64,000 nucleotides of DNA from Paragordius varius (lineage: Eukaryota > Animalia > Nematomorpha), in NCBI GenBank assembly GCA_964247055.1, contig OZ176054.1, positions 9,424,001-9,488,000 on the forward strand, read 5' to 3'. The translations under genes and the position numbers were made by a program. How positions within the stretch are numbered: the first letter of the stretch is position 1; the number at the start of each line of letters is the position of its first letter. Below the pieces are notes generated by a model. The model ran no database searches, had not been told where the DNA came from, and saw only the letters and a program-made list of their open reading frames with translations. Below are positions 1 through 12,828 of this stretch, piece by piece.

Positions 1-52
1 ATTATTATCGGCCTTTTAATATCTTTGTTTTATATATGGCTTAAATTAACAG

Positions 53-282
53 TTACCGAAAAATGTATTGCTACAACAAAAACGTCCCTAAGTGCAAACG
101 GTACCACCAAAAATATAAATGTCGAAAAAAAAGAAATCAAAATGGAAAAATCACCCTTTTTAACACAGCCTATACCTGGTAAAGATGAGAAAAAGTCTAA
201 GAAAGATAACAAAAAGTCCAAATTATCTCCAGGAGCTTCGGCAAAACAGGCCTCCATGATGGATTATTTTAAGAAAAAATAA
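53..282 (+). CDS. POLD3: Terminal coding exon of a probable DNA polymerase delta subunit 3 (Pol32/Cdc27-like); rest of gene lies upstream of the window
   Basis: AG acceptor at 51-52 (ttaacag|tt), then (V)TEK...Lys-rich linker...KQASMMDYFKKK*. The extreme C-terminus is a PCNA-binding PIP box (Qxx[LIM]xx[YF]F), and VTEK plus a terminal PIP box matches the recalled POLD3 C-terminus. Other PIP-tailed proteins are not excluded. Confidence 0.55.
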
Positions 283-639
283 ATTTACAATGAAATGTTT
301 GCTGTTTTTATTGTTATAAAATAATTTTTACCCCTTTAGATAATGCAAATTAAAAATTATAAAATTGCTGCTTATTTTAACTAGAGATTTAAAATTAACA
401 GTTGGAACCGAAATAAACGGCTTTAAAACGCGTATAAAATTATTTTGGATTATATAGCTATGTTTTTGCGGCTAAATCAAATATGAATTTTATAGGTCCC
501 AACATAAATTTCTAGACATCTATGGGTGAAGTTTTTTTAAAAATAATCGCAAATATATCGAGATTGCGCGATAGTATAATCATATAGATATCAAATTATT
601 ACATCAAAATGATTTTTCCTATTTTGTTAAGCAAAATTT

Positions 640-900
640 ATTTGGTAAATTTTTCACAATTTTAATTTTTAGGGTTCGTTGCTTTCAGATTTTGTTAAAT
701 TTTGTAAAAACCCAATTTACTTCAAACATGAATTTGAAGACGAACGTTATTTGAAATTAGCATGAGATAGAAATTTTTAGCATTATCAATAATAGATAAT
801 GTGCCATATAATATCTTACGATTTCATACCCTTTTCTTGATGCTTCCAAATAAGATGAAGTAACTTGAACAAAATTTTGCTTGAAATTTTATTTTTGAAA
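640..900. repeat. Dispersed repeat fragment; inverted diverged copy at ~8280-8530
   Basis: cttgaacaaaattttgct and gggttcgttgctttc...aaaacccaattt blocks recur as reverse complement at 8280-8530; related gctgaaca...cttcagaatt motif at ~1490 and ~55740. Confidence 0.55.
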
Positions 901-949
901 GAATACGCACATTTATAAAAATATTTTTGGCTGATATTAAAATTTGGCA

Positions 950-1190
950 TACATTGACATTGATGGCTTTTTGACTTCATATTTGAAGGTTTCCTTGAAC
1001 GGTCTTATTCCAAAGGTCCTTATCTAGACATTTGGTAATGTCGAGGTTTAGTATTTTTATGTCATTTTTAATGTTGTCGCTCCAGGAATGTGTTGGGCAC
1101 CCTATGCGGTTGTTTCGGGTTGTATGTGCTTAATGGTTTGGAGTGCATGGTCGGTTTGTCTTCTTTCATCAGCATTTTTGCGTTTATTTA
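950..1190 (-). mobile_element. 3'-end fragment of a non-LTR retrotransposon (RTE-like)
   Basis: Minus strand reads ...NRIGCPTHSWSDNIKNDIKILNLDITKCLDKDLWNKTVQG, like the R-x-x-G-x-P...W-x-D-x-I...D-R-x-x-W tail of RTE-type ORFs; locally higher GC. Confidence 0.5.
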
Positions 1191-1869
1191 AAAAGAATCA
1201 GCTCATTTTGGAAGAGCAAAATTTGGGAGATTTTGGAACCCAAATCTAAAAATAAAAACCTTTTAAAAATATTGTATTTCTTAATTTAGTATATGACATA
1301 TTTTAGTGAAATTTTTTAGAATGAAAACTTTTACAAAAAAATTTTGTTTAATGTGCGAAAATTTCATCATTTCACTCGTAGGTCCAAAATCAAAAGCATT
1401 ATAATCCTGATACGTTATCCTATCAGAATATTTCATCAGGACATTTTTTGGTCCATATTATAAAAACTCTTTAAATAAATTCGATGATGCTGAACAGTTA
1501 TATCACTTCAGAATTTTTGATTATTTTAATCTTTCGTATTCTAATTAGGTTAAATATAAGTTGGCCTTTTCACAAAAAGTCATTTAGAATTTGGAGTCTA
1601 AAATCGGGGCAGCTCCAAAACATGATTAAAACAAACAGCTGTTATTGAAATAAAATATTAGTTTTTTGCTCATGTACCTGACAGCTTTTTAAAGTTAAAT
1701 ATTTACAATTTTAACCATATTATGGATAATGGAAATATGTATAGAATTTAATAGAGAAATTTATATGTGCTTTGAGGATTTTTCCAAGTCATTCTTAAAA
1801 CAGACAGGAGTTTCATCCAATCGACATCATATTCTCTATTTACTTAAGTTCGACGAGTTTTCCACAATC

Positions 1870-2714
1870 CATGCGTAACTGATTCATGTATGGTGAGTGT
1901 GGGGTAACGTCAGAATGTCTTCTCATCCATTCTGTTTAATGCATATCTCGAAGCACAAAGACTTACCCGTTACATTCGACATCCACATCGGAGGTTCTGA
2001 TCTAAATTCTATTGACTATGCAGAAGACACATCCAAACTCCTTAGCCCTCATAATACAATATTATGAGTGTCAAAAATATGGGCTACAGATTAATCTTTA
2101 AGATACCACAAATTAACCCGAAATTTGCAAAGGTTTCAACGGGCATACTATTAAAATAGTCAAAAACTACACATCTTGATTTAATACGTGACGATAATAA
2201 TTGTTATCCGGGAGAAAAAGGTATGGCCAAAACGGCCGCAAATAATTAAATAGAATTTGGGCATCCCAGGATGTGAGTTTAAAAATAAAACTTGATTCGC
2301 AAATGCACTCATTTTCCCAACTTTTCTCTCCTTTTGTGAAGGCTGGAGCTAAAATCCAACAAACTGATATTTAACCTTTAAGTCTGGATATGGAGAAAAC
2401 TACTGCAAATAACAACACAATTTTAAATAAAATCATTCCCGATATGTCACTACGGGAATGTCCATCTCAGCAAACCATCCTACTTTGGCCACATTATGAG
2501 ATCTAAATCACTGGAAAAGTTTTATGTTGGAAGAGGTTAATGTTACACGTAAAAGGGTCTGGAGAAGGATAAGGTGGATGGACAATATTCTAAAAGAAAC
2601 CAAAACATTGGCAGAACTTAACATTAAAACTAAAAATCCCAATATATGGAGAAGTTTTATTTATAATATTGCTAAAAGTCGACCTCGACCCTGGCAATAC
2701 ATATATATATATAT
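1870..2714 (+). mobile_element. 5'-truncated, decayed RTE-clade LINE ending in a (TA)n tail
   Basis: IHIGGSDLNSIDYAEDT near 1985-2035 (RT YADD-like motif); YFGHIMRSKSLEKFMLEEVNVTRKRVWRRIRWMDNI at ~2480-2590 (RTE C-terminal signature); stops and frameshifts; (TA)n at ~2698-2714. Explains ORF 2524..2736. Confidence 0.7.
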
Positions 2715-2731
2715 AAAGAGGGTCATTTTGA

Positions 2732-3640
2732 TTTAACGAAAAAAATTTTTTTCGTGAGATAGCTTATGACCAGTGAATTTATGTGCCGCAAATATTTTAA
2801 TTTGTTGACAAGTTTTTGAATTATTGAAAGAAAATCGAAATTGGACAAAAAGTGAAAATTAAGGATAATTAAGGATAATTTAAAAAATAATGAAAAAATT
2901 TGAGATTTTATGGTTTATTATCATTTCAGGATATATTTTCAATATATAAATAGCCTAAAATCTTATAGTTAGGGTTTCTATAAATTTAGCTCAAAATATG
3001 GCGTTTTTTTTAACACACTCACAAGACATTTTTTTTTATAAAATTATAATAATATAATTTTTTTAATTATTCACTAGCTAAACTCACTATTAAATCTTAA
3101 CATCCATATTTTATTCTGTAAAAAAAACTTTTATATCAAAATAAAGCCAAAAAATATCCTTTTTTATTTTTTTGTCATCTGGTTTGTGAGTGTATAAAAA
3201 ATTATACTGTTTTATTTTGAATTTGGGAATTACAATGTATATAATTTATGCAAAATAGAATTAAAAAATAGTGGAATATCAACCAAAAATCTGTACAAAT
3301 TACAATACAATAATTAAAAAAAATTATATCAATATAGTTTATAAAAAAATTTTGTCTTGTGAGTGTGTTAAAAGAAAAACGCCATCTTCTGAGCTAAAAT
3401 TTTATCGAAACCCTAACTATATGATTTTAGGCTATTTATATATTGAACATATATCCTGAAATGATAATAAATCATATATCTCAAATTTTATCATTATTTT
3501 TAAATTATCCTTAATTATCCTTAATTTTCACCTTTTGCCCAATTTCGATATTCTTTTAATATTTCAAAAACTTGTCAACAAATTAAAATTTTTGCAGCCC
3601 ATGGTCATAACTATCTCATGAAATAAAATTTTTTGTTAAA
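2732..3640. mobile_element. Foldback/MITE with ~330-bp imperfect terminal inverted repeats
   Basis: 2732-~3060 is the diverged reverse complement of ~3325-3640 (e.g. aaggataattaaggataatt vs aattatccttaattatcctt; cacactcacaagac vs gtcttgtgagtgtg); both ends carry TTAA; no coding capacity. Confidence 0.75.
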
Positions 3641-4264
3641 AGTTATTTTGCACAATGCATTCAACCATAATATACATTTATTTGCCTGTTGCATGAGCGA
3701 TTTTCAAAATTTTTTATTAAGCGCCTAAAAGCTAGAGAAAGTATATTTTTAGATTTGGCATATATTATAAATTCTGGATAATCATTTTAAATCGCTCGGA
3801 TATAAAACTACCCCAAAGACAATAAAGTGTTTAGCAAATCTATTTGATCCCATAGTTTAGTTTTTACCATTCTTGTGTTTATTAACAAACACTAAAAGGG
3901 TCCAAGAATTTTAATGCTATTTCAGTAGAAATATAGGATTTGTCCTTCATCAAAAAATTAACAAAAAATGTTAATAATTTCATAAGCTTCATTTTTTACA
4001 GCTAAATTTCCATATTTAATGATTTTAAAATTCTAGGTTTAACACTTGGATACAACACATAATTTCAGTCCTTTGATTCAAATTGGCTTAGCTAACTACC
4101 CCAGAATTATTTGATATTAAATAGTTTAAAAAATATGGAATAAATTGAAGCAAGGGCAAAAGTTTGCATTTATGTAACATTAATAACCGAAATATAAAAA
4201 AAACATATAACAATATACTTATTCAGAGGTTAAACCCAAAGGTAAATATTTGGTCAACATGATA

Positions 4265-4900
4265 TACTATTTGCACTTCAGATTGTCCTTGAACACTTTA
4301 TGTTGGTCCCATTTCAAGTTGGTCATTGACTTCAAGTTACCCCTTAAATACTTCGAATTGCTTAAAATTTTCAAATTTTGATTCCATAATTTTTGCATGT
4401 ATTTTTTTATTTTATTATTTTTGTATATTTATTATATATTTATTCATTAAAAATTTTTTTTATTCAAATCCACTTTTTTGTTTGAAACTAATTTTTTTTC
4501 TTTTTAACGAAATTATTTACTTTTGAATATTTTCAATAAAAATTTTTAAATAACAACCAAGAAAGCTTATATATTTTTTGATGTGTTAATCTAAATAAAA
4601 ATCCAAAATATTTCTTAATTAATTATTATATACGGTTTCGTAATGATTAAAAGTTGATATTGATTTAAAATTTATGTCAAATAATAGAAAATATGTTAAA
4701 AACAATAAAATAGATGAATGATATACGATTTGATGGAAAAAATTTAAAATAAAACAAAAAGTCAAAAGACCAGCATTAAATGTTTAAGGACCAACTTAGA
4801 GAGTTCAAGGACCAAATTGAAGTGTTTAAAGACGAACTTGAAATGTTTATTAAGGACCAACCGAAGTCTTCAAGGACACTCTTGAAGTGCAATAATATGT
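4265..4900. mobile_element. MITE-like element with inverted arms containing short aaggaccaa subrepeats
   Basis: tgcacttcagattgtccttgaa (~4275) pairs with ttcaaggacactcttgaagtgca (~4870); aaggaccaa repeated several times at 4785-4865. Confidence 0.55.
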
Positions 4901-5751
4901 GTGCATAAGTTAAATATATATAAAGCAAAATATACCATTTAAATCAATGTTAAATGTGATTTTAATAAAAATTAACTATTAGAAATAAACATCATATTTT
5001 GAAGAAAATTCTATACTATGGAGTCAAAGTAGTTTGATGCGAAAGATTTTTTCCAAAACCATATTTTAATGGGGTATTTTGGTTTATTTATATAATTTTT
5101 ATTAGGAAAGCATAAATTTATATTGAAACCATTTCTTTCAGCATATTTTCAGCAATATCAACTTAAATATTGTAAATATTTAGATGAATTTGAATAGTGT
5201 TAAAGCTATTCTAACTTACTCGAAGTGCAACACTCAATTACCTTTTAGGATAGTTTTATATCCCAGAGAGATTGGAATCTTGAATATCTTTAATAAAATT
5301 TATGGTATTAAGCCGAATTAAAAATATATTTTCTTAGGGCCTATTTGTTAAAAATAAAAATTTCAAATTGCAAAAAAACATCATCTCAAACCCTTTGCCA
5401 CCATTTTTTATCTAAATTATTTTAAAACGCTAATGCAGCAGGCAATTTAATGTATATTATGCAAAAACTTGATATATTTTGGTTTTAATACCAACTGTTC
5501 ATTTCCATCGTGTTTTGTAAAAAAACTTATAAATCTGTATTTTATTTTAAATTTTGAGCTCTTAGATTTAAAACACAAATATGTAAAGGAAAAAATTAAA
5601 GGCAATATACTGTTAAATATGTTCATGTATATGCACATAACATATTTTGGCTACTAATGACAGGGACAACCTTTCTTAGAAATAATATTTTGGTGTAATA
5701 TATTATAAATGTCATTTATTATTACATTTTTAAGTTATATCATACGCCATC

Positions 5752-6600
5752 ATGGATTGCTTGCATAAATTAAATTTTGAGAATCTTCGTCCATTGCCTT
5801 TTAAATACAGTGGCAGTACCGAAAAAGTAGATAAATATATTAAAAAGGAAGTTAATGGTATGGAAATTGGGGAGCTCCCTGTTCATTATATACTTGAAAA
5901 TATTTTTGAATCAGAACACCCAGTGATTGGTAAATATTTTTTAATTTTAGGTGTATACGTGCATCCTTCTATTACTCCAGGTTTTAAGTACCATGTTCGA
6001 ATGCTTGGAAATAGTGGAAGGTTTATATTTGATGGACCAAAATATTTATTAAGTGTTGGATATGGAATAGCTAAGCGTCTTACATTTCAAGGTGCATCGC
6101 TTAACAATAATAAAAACTTTTTTTGGAGCGACAGTAATGAACCTTTTGGTTTTGCGTTACGCTTAGATGTCCTTAATATTGGCAATACTTTTATCATAAT
6201 TTTAAATAATAATACTCTTTTTTGTCACGCCAATCAAGATGACGATATGTTTATCCTCCCTTCAAACCTAAATAATAAAATCCCAATAGGGTCATTGGTT
6301 ATAATATCCATTTTTCCAGAAGATGACAAAGAACTTAAAACACTTTGTTACCAAACAAATAAAAACAATACAATGCTCAACATCATTGAGAAACACGTTT
6401 TAGTTAAGTTTTCCTGTCATATTACTTTTGCTTCTGTTAATTTACCAATCAAAGAAACCGAATATTCTTTGTTGGAGGGCACCGCTGTTTTAATTAAAGA
6501 ACAATATAAAGGAGGAGCTCGTTCTTTTGCTGAACTCCAGAAAATTTGCAATGTTACAATACCTGGCCTTCCTGGTTCTTATACACTAAATCGAGCATAA
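5752..6600 (+). CDS. Intronless 282-aa uncharacterised protein
   Basis: Clean ATG-TAA ORF with globular-protein composition (LPVHYILENIFESE, GVYVHP, GYGIAKRLTF, NFFWSDSNE). Resembles a recalled conserved invertebrate family of unknown function; no symbol assignable. Confidence 0.75.
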   Translation: MDCLHKLNFENLRPLPFKYSGSTEKVDKYIKKEVNGMEIGELPVHYILENIFESEHPVIGKYFLILGVYVHPSITPGFKYHVRMLGNSGRFIFDGPKYLLSVGYGIAKRLTFQGASLNNNKNFFWSDSNEPFGFALRLDVLNIGNTFIIILNNNTLFCHANQDDDMFILPSNLNNKIPIGSLVIISIFPEDDKELKTLCYQTNKNNTMLNIIEKHVLVKFSCHITFASVNLPIKETEYSLLEGTAVLIKEQYKGGARSFAELQKICNVTIPGLPGSYTLNRA

Positions 6601-9054
6601 TTTTATTTAGTGTTATTGATTTTTTATATAATTACGCACATAATATATTAACTTTAATAAAATCCTGTTCTATGTCATGTGATATTCTTGTTCCAAAAAA
6701 CTTTTTGTTATTACAATACCGCTCACTATATTTAAAAAAGCATTCTTGTCAATATATTTGAAGTTTTAAAATATCAATGATTCTTTCCCTAATAATGAGC
6801 CTTCCAAAAATGTTTTTTATGAAAAAAAGTCAATATTTATCTGCTGTTTATTAATTTTAATTAGCCAAGCCATTTCATTATAATGTTAGTGATGTGACGC
6901 ATTTTATATTTTAATTTATGTCAGCAATTTTTATTTACGCATAATGTAACAAATTGGAACAAATAAGAAATAAATTATTTTATAGTATTCATATATTTTA
7001 TGACTTCTCGACCAAATATATATGTTGATTTAGAAATGACCTTGTCTTTTACCACTATTTTGGTTAAATAAATTTTAAGCTAACAGAAAAACATTTTGCT
7101 ATTATTTAACCTGTTACGAATGATAAAAATTTAGCAGTATTTATCTAAAATAGTTAAAAATATGCAATAGATATCTATATATATTTGGATAAGGTTTATA
7201 AGCCCATTTGAGAAAAAGGAAAGGGCACAAAACAGTATATGATTGATAAATAGACTTATTAAATATTTACAAAACTATTGTATTGAAATTTGATAACTTT
7301 TTTATTTATATTGATAATCATATTAAACATAGTTTAAAAGTTTTTTGTTGTTTTAACGACTATCTTAACACTCCTGCACCAGTCAGACTCAACCTTATTT
7401 TAATAGTTTATGTTATAAAAAAAGATGATTTAAATATTATCCCCAATATATTAAAAATAGTGTTTCTGAATAAGGCCGTTTTTTGTGATTATAGGTCTCT
7501 TAACGATATTGAAAATTAATGATATAAAAAATGGTTCTTCCTATGAGGTTTTATATTTAATACAATAGTAGATTAGGCGAAAACATATAACAACCTAATA
7601 TTATGCTTACATGCTTATGAGTGACGTATCAAAAATTTCTGGCAAGGTGCAGAAAATTTAATTATGTATTCAATAAAATACATAATCTATACATTTACTA
7701 TCTGGCCATGTCACGCGTCGCTGAATCTGAAAAAGACTTGATAAATTTTAACTGATGAAAAGTTATAAATAATAAAATTTAAATATATTTTTCTGAAACT
7801 GATTGAATACAATGTTTCTGTCAGAGGCATGCTTGAAATCCAAAAAATTAATTAGCACAAAACGTTATAAAAAATGCTGCGAATATTTAACCCATTTTCA
7901 ATGGGGTGGGAGTAAGCTGAGGGGTGTATTATAATGTCACCAGATATTTTGAACCCTGCCGCAATACGAAATTAAAACATAATTGCCTTTTTTACACCAG
8001 ATATTTACACTTGATAAAATATATATATATATATATATATATATTCTGATAGGAATATGTATCACGATTATCATGGTGCTTTTGGTTTTGGCCCTTACTA
8101 GTGATAAAAAACTATTTACATTGTGATAAGTGCTCCATAATTATCTCCGAAAGTCTCAAATTTTTTCGCTCTTCTAAAATGGGATAGTTCTCTTTAAATA
8201 AACGCAATTTACCGATATTGTATTATAATTTTAAGGATTTGATATCAAACATTTTTTTAAAAAATGCAGACATTTTGCAAAATTTTATTTTTTAGCAAAA
8301 TTTTGTTCAAGCGTACTTAATACTATATTTGAGGCATGGTAGAAACTGTATAAAAATGCTTTAAGATAGAAAACAATACTTTTTCCAAATATATACATGA
8401 TGCTGAACATCTCTATCTCCTTAGAATTCGATCAAAATATTCGTTCGTCTTTGTGTAAATATAAATTGGGTTTTTTACAAAAATTTACCAAAATTAGAAA
8501 GCAAACGAACCTTTAAATTAAGAGGTAAAAAAATATTCAGCATCATTGAATTATATAGAAAAAGTGTTATTGTAATATCTAAAAGCAGCGTTTTTATAAG
8601 GTTTCCATCAAATCTACAAATAGGATAGTACGTTTCAACAAAATTTTGCTATAAATTTTATAAAAAATATTCATTTTTTTAAAAATATATTTTTGATGTC
8701 AAAATTTAGCATATTTTTGAAAATTTTATCATGCGATCCCGAAATTTTTGCGGTTATTTTAAAAGACTAGCCTATTTTATAGGAACGAAAAAATTTGGGA
8801 CTTACCGAACCCACATCTAAAAATTAAAATATTTTAAATATACTGTTTTGCTTTTTATAGGTAGTTTATGACATAATTTAGTGATATTTTTTCGAATGGA
8901 ATAATTAGCTTTCATCAAATAAATTTTACAAAAAATGTGCTTAAATTTTGCTATTTTCTGATAAAGAGAACTTACCACAAAAGTGTATATAAATTTCTTG
9001 AATCAATCAGGGCCGAAATCAAATACACTATAAAAATTCTGAGCAGTGTAATGC

Positions 9055-9410
9055 CTTAACCATTACCTTTTAGGGTAGTTTTATATTCCAGAGCGATTAA
9101 AATTTGAATATCTTAAAAAGTATTTAAGGTATTAAGCCGAATTCATAAAAAGGATTTCTTTAGGCGCATTATAAATTTAAAAAAATGTAAAATTGTAGAA
9201 AAATCCTCATCTTAATTTTTTTGCCGCCATTTTTTTCTATAATTTGTTCGCTATTGCAACAGGCAAATAAATGTATATGGTAATTTAAAAAAATTAACTT
9301 AAATAAGCTTTAAGGCTACATCTTACCAGACCTTGATTATTTTAATTTTAATATCAGCTGATCGTTTCAATCGTTTTTGGTGTACCAATTTAAACTCTAA
9401 AAGTCACTGT
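9055..9410 (+). repeat. ~350-bp dispersed repeat family, at least 7 copies in both orientations
   Basis: Core ttttagggtagttttata(t)cccagagcgatt...gcaacaggcaaataaatg...cagctgttcgtttcaatcgtgttttggagct at ~5235-5460 (+), 9055-9410 (+), 16790-17110 (+), 3660-3830 (-), 13340-13700 (-), 40420-40750 (-), 41890-42245 (-), partial at ~1600-1720 (-). Some copies start near TTAA|CAC, suggesting a non-autonomous DNA transposon. Confidence 0.75.
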
Positions 9411-10132
9411 AAACATTATGAGCATTTAATCTGATAGATAAGAACTTGATAATTTAATTTTAACTAAAATAATTATAGATTATTTACTATATTGAGCTCT
9501 GGGTTATAAATATACAACATTATGTACACTAAGACAAAATAGTTAAAAGGTAATGGAGTGTTATAATTATATAAAGTTCGCTTACAGAATTTTGCTGAAA
9601 AATAAATAAATTTTAAATATAAGTATGCATTTTTGAAAAATATGTCAAAACTAGCTAGTCCTATCACTCTTCGACGTAGTCTGACCAATAATTATTCTAA
9701 TAAATTTTTGCCTATTTGCTATCTTTAACTGATCTTTTCGACGTTTTGCATACTCTTAAATAACTGTACCTATAACACATTAATGATATTAAAAATGTCC
9801 CTAATAAACTTGATCCCATTTGTAAAAGATGAAGTATAACTATACAAATCCTAGAAGTGCACTTACACTATACTATATTTGGTAGCCATTTTACAGATCT
9901 AAAACCGCTCAGCAAATTTTTTTACCCTAACTATAAGATTTGTAACAAATTTACCTTTTATTATACTAGAAAATCTTTTTTGGGAGTATATTTTGCAGCT
10001 AATTACAGGGATTAATTTGAAAGAGCGGTACCAAACTGAATATATTCAAATGTAATTAAAATTTAATTATCTCAATTTTATTTTATAAAATTAAATAAAA
10101 TTTTGATTATTAATATGGAATAAGAGTTAGAA

Positions 10133-12828
10133 GATATATAAAAATAAATCGAAAATGCTGGCTTTGTGATCTGTTTCCGGAAAACCGTCGAATCCTAACG
10201 AAAAAATATAATCATTAATGAATGCTCCGACAATAGCTTAGTTTTTTTTTTAATTAGGCCCCAGTTCGGGCCCGCCCCGTGTAAAAAATGTTTTTTTTGA
10301 AAACAGAAGTCCACAAAAATCATGTCTTTGAGAATTTTCCGAAAATCGTGTTGGACCATTCGATTTCACATATGATTTTTTTTGCTTTTTTTTCAATTGC
10401 GCCGATCGCTCGCTTTTTTAATTTAGGCCCTCTGTTTACCCCTCCCCCCCGTAAAACGTTTTTTTACAGCTAAACCAAGTCCACAAAAATAATTTTTTGA
10501 TTCTATTTTTGGTAAAGGGTATGAGACCGTAAATATTCATTATTAATTCCATGTACACCTTGTTAAAAAGCAAAAATTTTAGTCGTACGTTTTTTATATT
10601 GGCTGCTGGGTAAGGAGATACCCGCTAAAAACTGCCCCGTCATATCGAAATAGCGTGCCTTTGGGGCTAAATATCAGAAAACCTATTAGGCTATATGAGT
10701 TCAATAGGTGCTTAAAATATGACCCGTAACAAGGCAAAAATTCAAATCGTGCGGTGTTTTAAAACTAGCCGTTAATTGGGCCCTTCACGCCTTGAATGCG
10801 CCACCATAGAATGATTTTTTAGTTTTGAGACAAATTTTCCAAAAACTAATGAGAGCATATGGAATCAATCATGATTCCAGGTATAGGCAAAAATTAAATC
10901 AAGCGGTTTTTTGTATCAGCCTCTGGGTAGGGAGCTACCCACCTAAAATTACGCCACCACGAAATTGCGTTGTTTAGGAGTTAATTTTCAGAAATCAGGC
11001 CACATAAGTTTAATAAGGGGCTAAAATTTTCACCGTTAAAAGGCAAAAATTTAAGTTGAGCGGTTTTTTTAAAATTAGCCGTTATAGGCCCTTTACACCC
11101 TAAAAAATGCGCTATCATTGAACTATTTTTTAGTTTTGAAGCCATTCTTCCAAAAACTATTAAGAACATAAGGAATAATGATTCCAGGTATTTCCCTATA
11201 AAGGCAAAAATCTTTTATCGAACGTCTTTTTTTATTGGCTTCTGGGCAGGAGACCCGCCTACAACTGCGCCACCTTCTCGATACAGCGTGACTTTGGAGG
11301 CAAATTTTAGGAAACTATCAGGCCATAGAGTTCAATAAGGGTTTGAAATGTTACCCGTAAAAAGGCAAAATTTAGATAGAGCGGTTCTATTAAATTACCC
11401 CTTAATTAGGTCCTTGCCCTGAAAGCCACCATAAGATGACTTTTCGGTTTTGAGGCAATTTTACGAAAATCTTACGAGAGAATATGGAATCAATCATGAT
11501 CAGGTATTACCCGAATTAAGGTAAAAATTACAATCGAGCATTTTTTGGTTTCGCCCCTGATTAGGAGGCTATCTACGGAAAACTGCGTCACTATATCGAT
11601 ACAGCTTGCCTTTGGAGCCAAATTTCAGAAAACCTATGAGACTATGTGAGTAAGGGCCTAAAATATTTATTACCTCTTAAAAAACAAATATTTTAGTATA
11701 GAGGATTTTTTCAATTAGTCTCTAAGTAAAGTTTTATCCCTGAAAAATGCGCCATCATAGATCAATTTTTTAGTTTTGAAGCAATATATTCAAGAACTTA
11801 TAGGAACATTTGGAATCCATGATAATTTCAGATATTCCCCATATAAAAGCAAAAATTTTGCCCGACGGTTTTTTATACTTGCCTCTGGGTAAGGAGCTAT
11901 CCGCCAAAAACTGCTTTACTATATAGAAATTGCGTTGTTTTGAAGCTAATTTACAGAATTATAAAGCCATATGAGCTCATTAAAAGCTTGAAGTATAACC
12001 CGTAATTAGGAAAAAATTAAGGTCAGGCGTTTTCTTTAGCCGTTAATTTGGGACCTTTATGTTTTAAAAATACGCCATCATATAATGATTATATAGTGTT
12101 GAGATATTTTTTCGAATAACCCAAAAAGTTCAATAAAGGTTTTAAATAATACCCATAAAAAGGTAAAAATTATAGTATAACGGTTTTTTCCGTTGGCCGT
12201 CAATTTGGGGCCTTCACAACAGTAACCATTATATTAGCATGAATGCACAGTTTTGAAAATCCTATGAGATCATACTATTAAATAATATTACGAAATAATC
12301 GACATATATGGATCACAATTTTGTGAGCCCTTTATTCAAATAGCGGCTTCGCAGGCTCCAATCCAATTAAGTGTAAGCCATGTATGCCTACTCCATAAGG
12401 ACAAATTACGCTCATTACAGCATCAATTGCATCACAGGTTATGCATTAATATATATACATATATATAAGAATTTTAGATATGTGTGTAGGTCAAACCTCA
12501 TTACTCCATAAGGACAAAATTATACATGTCTTTTTTTATTTATAATATATCAGATGTCAAAAATAAAGCTTTTTTTTGCACGCTTCTCCAATGATTGCAC
12601 AAGTTTTTTGGTACTTAGTAGATCATGCTGAATAAATATTTTTTTGTTAACATTATTTAAATATGGTGGGCTTAGGGATTTTATACCCTTAACCGGCTCA
12701 ACAATATGTTTTTTAGGCTATTTTTGGCCACAATATGAGATCATACGCGTATATAGGCAAAAAATTTGCCCCCCTAATAAGTCCAAACGACTTCCTTGGG
12801 CTGCTTAGATTCCCGAGATTTACGCTAG
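10133..12828 (+). mobile_element. Long non-autonomous Helitron with internal tandem array
   Basis: 5' region gaaaatgctggctttgtgatctgtttccggaaaaccg shared with copies at 22967, 47098 and 52534 (5' TC degenerate here); 3' end gagatttacgCTAG|T at 12825-12828 preceded by the family's subterminal hairpin region. Confidence 0.75.
10560..12200 (+). repeat. Diverged tandem array of ~5 units of ~320 bp, each built from two ~160-bp subunits
   Basis: Anchor ctg(g)gtagga recurs at 10606, 10923, 11242, 11557 and 11884 (spacing 317, 319, 315, 327); aaggcaaaaatt recurs about every 160 bp. Confidence 0.8.

Noticed and set aside
7590-8190. Short coding-looking pieces (SRVAESEKDL; MYHDYHGALVL...CDKC)
   Set aside because: Too short and degenerate to separate old LINE debris from chance; no linked exons found.
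10560-12200. Regular repeat array as a possible CRISPR or coding repeat
   Set aside because: Whole units are homologous with no unique spacers, the context is eukaryotic, and no ORF spans the units.
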